Origin: the human T2T-CHM13v2.0 reference genome, Homo sapiens | DNA: 64,000 nucleotides | Assembly: GCF_009914755.1 (NCBI RefSeq) | Contig: NC_060932.1 | Direction: 5' to 3' (one strand) | Part shown: piece by piece, positions 29,811 to 42,540 of the stretch | Layout: every line of letters starts with the position of its first letter | Numbering within the stretch: position 1 is the first letter of the stretch | Program-made: the position numbers and the translations under genes | Notes under the pieces: generated by a model | Told to the model about the DNA's origin: nothing | What the model saw: only the letters and a program-made list of their open reading frames with translations | The model's database searches: none

Positions 29811-30862
29811 GGAAAGATATTTTCATTTTTACAGGGAAGACTAATATTTACATCCTTGTGTGTGTTTTGTGCTAATAAAAGAGGTATCCTACAACCAAAA
29901 TGCATACACCAGCAGGTCTGAGCTGGGTTATACTTCGTTAAACGTCCCACGGACCAAGAGCACACAGAATAGTAGACTATACTCAGTGCCCACAGGGAAC
30001 TCCAAACCACTGCAGCCACACCTTACCTGGATTCCTCGTACTTTTGTAAAGGAAAATGAATGATTTCTAATTGCCCAGAAATATGATGGGTATTTGCACC
30101 CAGCTGCAAGAGGGACCTGTAGTTTACTGCTGTCACCTTTATTGTCATATCCCGGGCAACATTAACCTCCTAAGTTAAAGAGGAATGGAACAGTTTTTCA
30201 TAAAAGAATGGTAAGTGAGAAAGTAGTTCCCCTACACATTCTCCTACCCTTGCCAATTATTTCTTGGCATCTCAAATTCCATCCTTAGTGATTTACTCCT
30301 TTGGCTCAAGGCTGTACGATTCTGGGAGAAAATGTATTTCATGAGCATTAAACATTATTAGGCATTTTATTCCTGTGTATCTGGTCTCTTTCCAAAACAG
30401 ATTTTGGGGGAAAAAAGGGAGGAAGGAAAGGATATGAGAACCGAGAGAAAGATATTACTAAGCAAAGAATACGGCATGGAAGTAGATGCTCAGAACAAAA
30501 CAAATTGCCTCATACTTCACGATTTTGTCTAGGAACAATGGATGAACCAGGGAGTAGAGTCAGTCTTCTCTTCTTGGTATCTCTCCTCAACTGACACTAA
30601 TATCTAGTATCGTTTCCAGAGTAACTCCTAAAAAGCTAAAGCAGAACTTCATTTGCTTTCTCTTACTAATTAAGTAAAACTGCATATATGTGCTGTCCAA
30701 AATAAACTCTGAAATTTTCAAAATCAACAAATACTATATGCATATACAGGTAAGACATTTTTAAAATGTATATTTAGTAAATATTATTTAACCCAGTATT
30801 TAAGAAATGATAAACATTTATGAAAGGTTAATATAAGTAAATAATATACAACCTAAACATAA

Positions 30863-31286
<424 letters not shown>

Positions 31287-31363
31287 TAAGTTCTAAACAC
31301 AATACTCCAGGTGAGTTCTGGCTCCTGAGAGCAGAGGGAAGCTGTTTATTTCCTTGTTCTAAA

Positions 31364-31568
31364 AAGTGGTTATCTGTCCTAGCTGCACCTCAGAAGCACT
31401 TGTAGAGTTTTTAAATTTTAAAAAACGTATTTTAAAAGCAGAGATGCCCAAGCCCTGCTCTAGTCTTCAGACCAGCATCTCTGAAGAGCGACTGTTACAA
31501 TACATACTTGTGAGGCTGGTTATTTGGACCCAAAAGCAGGGTTTATCTTGTAAATCAAGCCCACTGCT
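31364..31568. mobile_element. MER5-like hAT-Charlie MITE
   Basis: AGTGGTTATC...AGCTGCACCTCAGAAGCAC...GATGCCCAAGCCC...CCCACTG. Confidence 0.5.
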
Positions 31569-31778
31569 CCAGCCTGTGGTGATCTTTTAGGATCCTCGTT
31601 CTATCCTATAACATATTTTTATTTTGTTCCACTTCATGTTATTTGCAATTCTGATGGACCTTCACCTTATAGCTTCATCCAAGTTTCTATGAAAAATTTT
31701 GAGCTAGCCAGGGCTGGAGGCCGAGGTCCTGTATCACAAAATGAGAAATCTTCCGGTAAACAATTTATTATTTAACAT

Positions 31779-32771
31779 TGTAGTCGACTGAAATTTAGCA
31801 ACCACTGCCGTGTGCCCCTGGTGAGCCTTTGTATCATAGAGGCTAGAGAGCTGAACACCACATTTCTCAGAATTCCTTGCAACTAGAGTTCTGGGTAAGT
31901 GCACTCTTTCGCAACTGGGGTGGTGGGGGCGGTGGGGGGAAGCAAACAGAAGCTATATGCCTGCTAGTTTAGTTATTTCCTTCTTACAAGCCCTGTCATA
32001 GAGGCTTGATTATTTACAGCAGCATTCTAGCATCTAGTCACCAGTTTCACAGGTACTGAGGAGTGGTTGCAGTAATATTTAGTAGCTTTCTAATCCCTAA
32101 ATAGCAGTGAGGGTTGATTTCAATCTGTATTACTGAACTCAGCGGCGCCAGCGGCAGCCTCTGGATTGCTATTCCTCGTTGTGGCAGTAGTAGTTGTTCC
32201 TTATATGCTCACTTTTGTGGTGTTGTGGGAGTCACTCTTGAAGCCTATGCTACACAGCCTTCTCCTCTAGGCTTTCCATTGATTTTCTTAACTTCTACAT
32301 CTTTAATATGGCTTGGCTCTATGCCCCCACCTAAATCTCACGTTGAATTTTAATTCCCAGTGCTGGAGGGGGGACTGGTGGGAGATGATTGGATCACGGG
32401 GGTAGTTTCTAACGGTTTAGCACCATCCCCCTAGTGCTGTCTCGTGGCTGAGTTCTCACAGGATCTGGTTGTTTAAAAGTGTATAGCCCCACCCCCTTTG
32501 CTCTTTCTCCCGTTCAGCCATGTAGGACGTGCCAGCTTCCCCGTCCCCTTCCACCATGATTGCAGGTTTCCTGAGGCCTCCCTAGCCATGCTTCCTGTAC
32601 AGCCTGCAGAACCATAAGCAAATTATACCCCTTTTCTTTATATATTACCCAGTCTCACATAGTTCTTTATAGCAATATGAGAACACATTAATACAATCTC
32701 TGACTTAAATTGCTTTGTGTGTGGAATACCTGGAGTAGATTCTGTTTCCTCCAATAAACTCTCACTGATAT
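31779..32771 (+). mobile_element. ERVL-type LTR (LTR33-like) interrupted by MST
   Basis: ACCACATTTCTCAGAATTCCTTGCAACTAG; end GAGTAGATTCTGTTTCCT...ACTGATATA. Confidence 0.6.
32304..32695. mobile_element. MSTA-like MaLR solo LTR
   Basis: TAATATGGCTTGGCTCT...AAATCTCACGTTGAAT...CCATGATTGCAGGTTTCCTGAGGCCTCCC...TAATACA; TSD ATCTT/ATCTC. Confidence 0.92.
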
Positions 32772-33079
32772 AAGCACATTTGAGTATAACTGTTGCACTC
32801 TCATAACAGGACCACCAGCTAGGTCACACTACATAGTGTCTACAAGGGTATCATGAAAGACCTTGTCAAATACTTTCCTAATATCCTAAGATACAATATT
32901 CAAACTCTGCATTTTCTCTGACCTTGAAGTTTAGCAATGCTGTCAAAAAAGGAAATTATATTATTCTGATACGATTTCTTCTCAGTAATCTATGCTGACT
33001 TATAACGATCCTGATCTTTCCTAAAGGACTCTTAAATGTTCTAGAATCCTGCCCAAGAGGGACATTGAGCTCACTGGCC

Positions 33080-33305
33080 CCAGAGTAGTGATGTGATTCT
33101 AGTGTCAACCCTGTGTCTATATACTGGTTTCATCACTTACTTGCTAGGAAATCTTGAACAGCATTCCCAAGTCTCAGTTTCCTTAGTGCTAAATGGTAGT
33201 GAAATGCTATTTTATAGGATCCTTGTGAGGAGTAAATAAGATAACATATACAAAATCCTAAGCACAGTGTTTGGCCTGTAGTAGGAGCTCAATTAGTAAC
33301 AGCTA
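33080..33305 (+). mobile_element. MIR
   Basis: AGTCTCAGTTTCCTT...GTGAGGAGTAAATAAGATAA...AGCACAGTG. Confidence 0.7.
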
Positions 33306-34039
33306 TAACCTGAGAAATTCACCTTTTTCTCCATTTCCAAAAATAAAATAAAATAAAATGTAAATGTACTTTTATACTTCCATGACACTCTCCTCATTTT
33401 CTCAAAGAGATGTCAAATTTCACAAACAGTGGAAAACAGTTCTCTCATCTCAAGTCGTATCAATAGATATTATCAAACACACTCTCGGTCAGGAGATGCC
33501 AAGTGCGCTGAGTACTTCTCTAGCATTTGCTCATCTTGCCATTCAAACCCCTCTTATTCATGTTGATGCTACTCAGTTCATTTTGGAGATCATCATTCTC
33601 TATAGAAGCCCCTTTGACTAGCTTACTAAAAAAAAGAGAGATGGAGCAAGGTCTTGGAGGAGGCAGGGAAAGGTGGAGGCAAGAATTTGCCGTGGGAAGA
33701 ACAGAGTTGCTCGATAGCTCAGCATCTCTGGTCCCAGGAAGATATGATTTTTATCACCGCATGGGAAGCAGGGCTGACAATGCCCAGGGCTTCCCGGATG
33801 CTCCCTCTTATCAAGTTGTTGGAAGGATAAATTAATAGGGTGGACAGATGAATATTATCCTTTATTGATTATCAACTATATTTAAAACACTGCTAGGCAT
33901 GTTTTGAATTTACCTAATACACACACCTGCACATATACACACAACAGAGAGACAAATATTTATCACTGAAACTCAGACAGAATTAAGCAACACAATTACT
34001 AAATGATTTGGCTTCACATCCCATGCTCTTCACTATACC

Positions 34040-34700
34040 ACATCATTTGTTCAGAAAACATTTCATGAACTCTTACCAAGTGCTAGGTATTGTATTAGGT
34101 ATCAAAAATACAGTGGGAAATAAACAAAAGCACACGCTCACAATAAAGCATGACAGTGCTGTAAGAGTGAAAGCTTGGGGTGAGATGGGAGCCTATTAGA
34201 GGGGCACTTATTCCTAACCTGGGGTTGATAGAGGAAGCAACCTCTTAACTGAGCCTGAGTGAATGAATATGATTTAGCAAAAGAAGCATAAATCCCACAG
34301 GAGGATTTAGGCATTGCAAGTGGCCAAAGGTAAAAAAGCTCTGTAAGAGCTGAGAAGCTGGAAGAAGGATGAAGAGGGAATAGAAAGGTAAGTAGGAACC
34401 AGAGCATATACTGCTTCTTAACTGGTGTTGAGCTTTAGCCTATAAGCAATTGGTAGTCACTGGGAGGGCATAAGCAGAAGAGAAATGTGCTGAAATCTGT
34501 ATGGTGGGGAGGGAATGAAGATTGGAGGCAGAGGATCAGTTTAGAAGCCTCACAAGTGAGAAACTATGAGGACTTGCACTAAAGAAATGCAAGCAGAGAT
34601 CATGAGAAGAGAATAGGGATATTTAGGGGGCAGAACTGATGAGATGTTACTTCCATGAAGGGTGAAGGAAGAAACGGAAATTAAGAATGACTCAATTTTT
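34040..34700 (-). mobile_element. L2 fragment
   Basis: CATTTGTTCAGAAAACATTT...CCAAGTGCTAGGTATTGTATTAGG; GGAGGCAGAGGATCAGTTAGAAG. Confidence 0.65.
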
Positions 34701-35089
34701 CAACCTTATTCCAAAGACCACATTTAAAACACCTATACAGCTTCTCTAGGTACTTGCATGATAACATTTCACTTTTTTTCTGTAAAGTAGGGAGCAACGT
34801 CATCTACTGAAACTGAGATGGGAGGCAGGAAGAAGAGATCTAGTGAAGATCTAAACTAGCCACTCTGTAGAATGAGGAATTGCTGAACAGAGAAACACAG
34901 GCCTCCAGGAAAGTTGAGGGCCCAAATGGGGGAGAAGGTCTTGATCTGGCAGCCCTCATCTGTGCAGATGGAAGATTATCTCCAGCAGCACTCAATAGCC
35001 AGGGTAAAGATGCAGAGAAGATGAACACTGAGACTGGACCATATCAAAGTTTTCCAGGAGAGGCAGAAAAGACAAGACATTAGGGCAGT

Positions 35090-35260
35090 GGAGTTTAGAA
35101 TATAAGAGAGTGGCAGAAGCAATGAAATATAGCCTCTAAGAGGAGTTTAGAACATAAGAGAGTGGCAGAAGCAATGAAATAATGAAATATAGCCTCTAAG
35201 AGGAGTTTAGAACATACGAGAGTGGCAGAAGCAACGAAATAATGAAATATAGCCTCTAAG
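35090..35260. repeat. Minisatellite, 3 copies (52, 60, ~59 bp)
   Basis: Unit GGAGTTTAGAACATAAGAGAGTGGCAGAAGC(AATGAAAT)1-2ATAGCCTCTAAGA. Confidence 0.97.
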
Positions 35261-35346
35261 CTGGATATAGAAGTGAAGGGAGGGTGTGCTAATAAAAAGA
35301 AAGCAGACTAGGAACTAGGGTCAGGGAACTAGAGGGCTCTCATGAT

Positions 35347-35658
35347 AGCATTTCCCAAAATGTGTTTCTCAGATGCTTATTACACAGGATGTTAATCACT
35401 GATACGTTCCTCATTAAAAGCTTTTCATGGTCAAATAAGTGAAGGAAAGTTTGGGTAATGTAATTTTTAAACTGTTTCCTTCCTGTACTATTTGTATTTA
35501 ATAAGTTAATAATATATACTGTAGTTCTCTAATAATTTATCTCTAGGATAAATATGCATTTCCCAAATAATTCTGATTACTGTATATTATTTATCTATAT
35601 TTATCAGAGAATTTCACTGAATGGGTATCTTAAGGAACACATTTTCAGAGGGTCTGCT
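35347..35658. mobile_element. hAT-like MITE
   Basis: Imperfect terminal inverted repeats CCCAAAATGTGTTTCTCAGATGC / GTATCTTAAGGAACACATTTTCAG. Confidence 0.5.
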
Positions 35659-35773
35659 CTGTGAAATGAGAAGCAGGGATGGTAGAACACTTGAAAAGAA
35701 AGTATCTTACCAAGGCAGGAGGTTTACCTGAAAGTTCTCTTAGCTTCCAGAGCTATGTATCTTTAATTCTACT

Positions 35774-35776
<3 letters not shown>

Positions 35777-35821
<45 letters not shown>
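35777..35821. repeat. (AC)22 microsatellite
   Basis: Uninterrupted run seen directly. Confidence 0.99.
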
Positions 35822-35822
<1 letters not shown>

Positions 35823-38800
35823 CTTGACTCTGACTCTACTGTAATTAGTATTCATTCATGAAACCAATATTCCAAGAGCATGTACTATTATGTGGCAGAG
35901 GAGATTTATACAGCATTCTTACCAGGACAAACTTCGTGACTTATCTGGAGAAACAACAGATACACACATGAAAAATAAAAACCTGGCTGGAAAATATGGC
36001 TCTTCCTCAGATACCCATAAGACATAGTTTCCCTCCAGGGCAACTAGTGCTACCAATCTAGCCACAGCTCTGTAAGATCAGAAAGTTCCTCCATAAAAAC
36101 AGAGCTAACTGAGTAGATCTGAGCTGAACAAACTAAAAAGCCCCAGTCTTTCTTTGCTGAAGCTACTACTCTCCCAGAGTCACCCATGATGAAATAATCT
36201 CTCCTACCCCATCAGTTTGATGACATAGATTCTTGACCTGGTCCTAATCTACTCCAGGATAAGAAATCCTAAATTGATTTTCTTGAATGACAACCAACCT
36301 GCTTTTACCCAGTGTCAAGCATTCAGAATTCCAACTGGCACAGACTAGTATGGATAAAACATAATCCATAAGGAAGAAGTAGAGATCCACATGTAAATAA
36401 TGGCTAGTGCCAGACTGTGAAGGATCTTGGTGACACAGCTGAAGCCTGGACATTCCATGGGGAATGAGGAGGCCTTAGGGATATCTGAATAGGAAGACTG
36501 GGAGCGGGAGGGTAAAAGTAATGCCATCATTGCTAAAAACAGGTTTAGAAAGTTATTCTTGGGACATGCCCATAGGGTCCACGTCCATTTTTTAAAAGGC
36601 AGATCAAATTTTAAAATACTTTTTGTCATTTTTCTCCACTTCCCTTCAAAGGGTCTGTGGGTAATTTTCCTTTCTAGAGGTAAGGAAAATAGGCCCATAA
36701 TTTCTAGCTTCATGGTTAAAGGTATAAAAGAGTAAGTGTAAACATAATTTAAACTGACAAGGATGTTAAATCAGGCAACTCACTTGAAACTCCAATGGAA
36801 AAAGAGATGAAATTCTAAATCTTCAGTACACATTGTAGAGATTTTAGAAAACCAAAAATAATATACTGCTATCATCTTATTAGGGAACAAAAATGCTAAA
36901 GACACATTAGCAAATGTGGCTTTGACTGATGTGACATAAGCTGAGACCTCATACCAACTAATTTAAGAAGTTTTAAAGATTTAGATCACGAGAAAAACAA
37001 AACTACAATAATTATATGGTTTCAGAAAAAGTAAGTCTTCCCTCAATAACTTCTTCACATACTTTACTACTGCTATACTACAATATGACAATCCCTAGGG
37101 GTTATACTAACATCACTTGATTAGAATTTTGGAAACACTGAAGTCTCACATTACAGAATGATGTCTAACTTGTAAAAACAAAAAACACAGAAAGTTGGCT
37201 CATGGGATTTAAAATTTGCTGAGGTCCATAAAACAACTGCAGCTATAAAAACCACTTATCTGTTCAACTTCAAAATTGGTTTTCACTAAAATCTCTGTGA
37301 CAAAAAGTCATACCTATACAATCAGTTATAACAAAATTATAACATGTATTGATTTTTGTGGATGTCAAATCTAAAAGTCACTATACAAAATGTCAGAAAT
37401 CTGTGGTATAAAGTATGATGTCGGAAACATCATCATTAGTCTCTCTTCCTTGAAATATAATACACTGCAATCTAAATGAATTAGATTCTATAAAGACTCA
37501 TTTTTCTTAACTATTATATATATGCTGATGTTCAACTATATGACTGCATGAAAAGTTGTTCATATAGTTTCATAAGGAGCTCAGTAACTCCCTAAAGACA
37601 CAAAAAAGCACTCAATGATCTAATTGATCTGTTAAGAATCATAAAATTTGAGTTAAAAATTATATCAGCTTATGGAAAATTGATATTACATGTTGATGAA
37701 AAATGTGTTAACTGTTTTACCACAGAGTCTTTGTGATCCACTTGTACCCCAACACTAGCTGGTTCTGGAGGCCATAAGACCATCCTCTGCAGTGGAGTGA
37801 GGCACGTTATGGATGCAGAAAACTTACTCTAGTCAGATGCCCAGCTAGGAATTTCAGGAAATCCAAGATGTAGGCTGCTTTCCAGGAAAAAGGCACAGAA
37901 GACCCACCAATGGCAGGAGATAGAAAATTCATACTCCACCCCCAGGATTATGGCAATATAGCAATCTATTACATTTTGTGCTTCATGATCCTCTCTATCC
38001 AAAGTACATATGCAACCATAGTGGGCTACACAGAACTAGGGAATGTGAAGAAAGCAGCAGTACTGAGCCACGTGACTTGAAGTTATGGGTCAGACCTCAT
38101 GGCGGAGTAGCAAAAAGAAAAGGGTGGGCAAAAAGGAAATGGAAGTATCTGAGAGAAAATTCTGGTATCCATTTTGCAGTACCAGCAAATCACTTGAATA
38201 TTTACAATTTTCTAGGTTCTACAATGCTAGAAGTCATGTAATTCTGCTGTTCTGCCATGGAGAGGCAATACTCTTCAGTGGAAAGCAGCCTAGTGCTTGC
38301 TTAGACTTTGACACTAACCACACAGGACTAGGGTAGGAGCATGACAGGAAGAAAAAGGTCAGTTGGTGCTAAGAGAAAATTCATTTTTGCCTATAACTGT
38401 GAAATCACAATGACCTACGATGTTAACTGCAGTATCTTAAAAAACTGTTTTTAAAAAAGAGAAGTGCTAGTCTGTGAAAGCATTCCTATTGTCATCACTT
38501 TGTAAGCAACAGAGGTCAGAGAGAATGTTTGATCATCATTTTAGCCACTGCAGCACCCCCAGCACTGTGCCTCACATATGATAAGCAGCAGTAAATATTC
38601 ATGCAACTGAATCTTCTGTATGAGCATCCCTGTCTCTTAATCCTTCTTTCTAGTGCTTCTTATTTTCCCACCTTATTTCTTCCCATAGCTCGCACTGCTC
38701 TTTGTGGTTTAACTGATAATTTGGACAACATAAAATAATAGTCTGTTGAATTTACTGGAAGATAATTTTAGGTTCACTTTTTTAATTGGGAAAGTAAATG

Positions 38801-39093
38801 TTAGGAACACTATCTTTTTCTCTCTAAAATACTTTGCAAATTAAGCTGTGGGTTAGCAACCTTCAACAGAAAAAAGTTCCATAACTCTAAGTTGAAGATG
38901 TGTTGTTTTCTGCTATATTAAAATACAATTTTAAAAAGGTGACTTGTGCCATACTCTTTTTTACTGTTACATAAATCTAAGAAACAAAATTTTCCACAGT
39001 TGGCTATAAAAAGTAACACAGAACTAGCCTGGTTCCTATAAAAGTATCCTTTCGAATTAGAAAACTAATATTTAATGTAAAAAAGCCACATAC

Positions 39094-39286
39094 TTTTCAT
39101 AGTTCCATCTTCTTCTTCCTCATCCTCACTGTTTATCACCATGGTCCCCAAGTCGGATTCCAACATCGTGCTATTATGTTCAATCATGGTCTGGGCCCCT
39201 TCACTCATCGTGCTTGTGGCCCGCATGGTGCCCACACTCTCCACACTAGTCTTCACCATGGTGTGGGAATCCAGCTCATCTTCATC
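39094..39286 (-). CDS. STK3: STK3/MST2 internal coding exon (193 bp, exon 9 by usual numbering; regulatory linker D317-K380)
   Basis: Translates as DEDELDSHTMVKTSVESVGTMRATSTMSEGAQTMIEHNSTMLESDLGTMVINSEDEEEEDGTMK, recognised as human MST2 linker. Acceptor TTTTGCTTGCAG|GAT, donor AAA A|GTATGT; phase 0 start, phase 1 end. Confidence 0.98.
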
Positions 39287-39694
39287 CTGCAAGCAAAATA
39301 CTGCAATGAGGGAAGACTTTTCTATGACAGCTGGATTTCTTAATTCTTAACAAGAGAATGAATATATTATAGTTTTAATACTTATTAAAAATACTATTAG
39401 TACTGATTTTAATATAAATACATACATACAAATGTTATTTTAAGAGTGAAAATTATTCAAAATAACCTAAAGCTTTAGGTAATTACAGATCAAGCAACAG
39501 AAACTGATGAAGTAGAAGGCTGCTAGTTGCTTTTAAAATAAGGATTAAGATAGGTAAACTATCAGCAAATGCATAACAAAGAATATGGTGACAAAACAAC
39601 TAAATATATATGAGAGCACCTTTAAGACAGAACACATTGACACTTTGTATTATAATGGGCATAATGATGTCTATAACCTTGTAAAACAGCCATT

Positions 39695-40740
39695 AGCTTT
39701 TTCTTTTAAATTATGGCAAAATATACAAATACATATATATAAAATTCACCATTTTAGCAATTTTTAAGTGTATAACTCTGTAGCACTAAGTATATTTACA
39801 ATGTTGTGCAACCACCACCATTATATGTTTACAGAACTCTTCATTCCCCCTTTCCCCAGCCCTGGCAACCTCTATTGTACTTACAAGAGGTATCTAGAAT
39901 AGGCAAATTCATGAGTACTACTATTCATACCATAGTACTAATTCATAATTACTATTATACTTATGAATTTGCCTATTCTAGATACCTCATGTAAGTGGAA
40001 TCATACAATATATTTTGCTGAGCCTAATGCATTCAAGATTCATGCATATTGTGGTAGAAAAATTTCATTCCTTTTTAAGGCTGAATGATATTCCATTGTA
40101 TGAATACACCACATTTTGTTTCCCTATTTATCTGTTGATGGCCATTTGGATTGTTGACACCTTTGGCTACTGTGAATAGTGCTAATGTGAACACTGACCT
40201 ACAAGTATCTGTTTGAATCCCTATTTTCAGTTTGGTTGGGTATCTACCTAGAAGTACAATTGCTGGATCACATGGTAACTTCATATTTAATTTTTTAAGT
40301 GCCCAAACTGTTTTCCACAGTGGCTATACCATTTTACACTCCCACCAGCAATGCACAGGATTCCAACTTCTCCACATCCTTGGCAACACTTGTTATTTTC
40401 CATTTTTAAAAAATAATAGCCATCCTAATGAACATGAAGTGTTATCACATTGTAGTTTGATCTGCATCTCCCTAATGACTACTGATGTTGAGCAATCTTT
40501 TCGCACGCTTATTAGCCATTTGTATATCTTCTTTGGAGAAATATCCATTTACCCATTTTAAAATGGGTTGTTTGGTTTTTCTGTTGTTATTACAAATTCT
40601 GGATATTAATTCCTTACCAGAGATATAATTTGCAAATATTTTCTCCCATTCTGTGTGCTTTTTACTTCATTTATAGCGTCTTTTGATGTAAGTTTTTAAT
40701 TTTGATGAAGTCTGATTTATCAATTTTTTGCTTTTGTTGA
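39695..40740 (-). mobile_element. L1MB-type 3' portion
   Basis: AAAATTCACCATTTTAGCAATTTTTAAGTG...GCTGGATCACATGG...; track ORF KLPCDPAIVLLGRYP is L1 ORF2 C-terminus. Confidence 0.9.
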
Positions 40741-40887
40741 CAAATCTCAGCTTTTAAATGTTTCACAGAAGAATCAAGTCAGTAATAAAAGTACAAATTA
40801 AAAGTGCTCTTTAGAACATTCACCAAAGATATACTGGAATAGGGTCATAAAAATAAATTAACAAATCCTGTTTGAAAGACCAACTGA

Positions 40888-41144
40888 TAATCACAGTGCT
40901 TTGGGAGGTCAGGGCAGAAGGCCAGGAGTTTGAGACCAGCCTAGGCAATGCAGCAAGACCTTGCCTCCACAAAAAATTTAAAAATTAGCTGAACACGGTG
41001 GTGTGCCTGTAGTCCTAGCTACTTGATGGGCTGAGGCTGGAAGACTGCCTGAGCTCAAGAGTTTGAGGCTACAGTGAGCTATGATGGTGCCACTGCTCTC
41101 CAGCCGGGGTGACAGAGCAAGACCCCATTTCAAAAAGAAAGAAA
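40888..41144 (+). mobile_element. AluJ, 5'-truncated and degraded
   Basis: CCAGGAGTTTGAGACCAGCC...GAGGCTACAGTGAGCTATGAT...GACAGAGCAAGACCCC. Confidence 0.92.
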
Positions 41145-41379
41145 GGACCAAAGAATCTGCTATTTAGAAAAACTTGATTACGCACGGAAATTCATTTATA
41201 TTTATTCCATTTTTAGTAGAAACATATAAGCAAAATCTAGTTCTGGCAGAGGTCAAAATGCAAATCTGAGAACATCAATGTTGAGTTTCAGCAACTTGGG
41301 TTGTATAATATAACAACAGTTGGACAGCTGTTTGATACCTTTCCTCTTCCTAAACCTACATGCTAAGCTTGGGCATTAG

Positions 41380-42540
41380 GTCTCAAAGTCGTTTGCACTT
41401 CTTTCATGATCCTTTCTCTTTTAGAAGACCTCTTCATTCTCATGCCTTCAACTATCTAATAAGTTGAGGAGTCTCAAATCCTGAAATCTTCCTATGTCTT
41501 TACTTATTACGTAAATACTTAAAGATGTCTAAAATTTGACAGTCCCAAATCAGATATTATTTCATTTATCTCTCCAGTCTCTCCTATCTGTCTCCATCCC
41601 CAACAACCACCACAAAGCATGGTAATCTTCACTTGCTACATAAAACTTCAATGTCTTCTTACATTTATTTTCTCTTTCATTCCCTATATATGCATCAGTC
41701 AACTAGTTCTTTAAATAATTCTCTCTTAGCTCCATCTCTTCTTTTCCATTCCCACTGCTACTGGGTATAATCCTCACTACATCATAGGTGGTTTACTGCA
41801 GCTAATGCTTCCTGACTGAGGACTCTCCCATCTAACTTTCTAGAGTCAGACAGACATTAGTTCAAATCCTGGCTCAAATCACTTATGAGGCATAGGATCC
41901 TTGTCTCCAAAGATTGATGATTAAATAAAAACGTAAGCAAAATGCCTGCATGCTACCTGGAACAAGGTAGTTTCACACCTTCCTCAAAGTACACGGCATT
42001 ATACTAACCTTTCTTGAATACTATTTCTATCATTCTAATGAAGAATCTACAATGGCTCCCAGTTCCTGCCTTCATTAAAGCTAAACATTTCTGCCTAAAT
42101 TTCAATGTCTTCTATGGACCAATCCTATTTTCCCATTGTTCATATAACCTCCAATACAGGCAGGCTGGACTTTAACTGAATCTCTTTGCCATAACTCCAT
42201 ATGATGCTATGTTCATTAAAGACTTCCTTTGTGTACGTCTTATTCTCTATCCAGAAGGTCCTTCCCCTCTATCCATTTAACTAAATCATACCTAGTTTCA
42301 GATCAAGTATCTACTACTTCCATGGCTAATTCAGTCTTTGTTAATTATTCTCTTTTCTAAACTTCCATAGAATTTACAACCGGCATTAGACACTTCTGTA
42401 TTCAATTTATGATCTCATATTGCAAGCAATTGTTTTGCAAAATCTTTTATAAATGTAAGTACCCTATGGACAAGAATGTCTTAGAGTACCTCTGAATCCA
42501 CTAAAGTGCTTCATTCAGTATTCAAAACACAGTAAGGGTT
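41380..42540 (+). mobile_element. L2 fragment (with small MIR-like piece ~41840-41970)
   Basis: TTCCATTCCCACTGCTACT, CAATGGCTCCCAGT; 3' end ACACAGTAAGGGTT|CAATACATATTGA split by an LTR. Confidence 0.6.

Noticed and set aside
29603-30019. 138-aa minus-strand ORF
   Set aside because: Partly antisense to an L3/CR1 fossil, non-ATG start, no recognisable domain.
35090-35260. CRISPR-like array
   Set aside because: Head-to-tail tandem copies without unique spacers, no cas genes, eukaryotic intron.
39065-39292. Track ORF treated as a standalone 75-aa protein
   Set aside because: It is exon 9 plus intronic read-through on both sides; splice sites define 39094-39286.
39141-39350. 69-aa ORF antisense to exon 9
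   Set aside because: Shadow of the coding exon; ATGs arise from palindromic CCATGG at TM codons.
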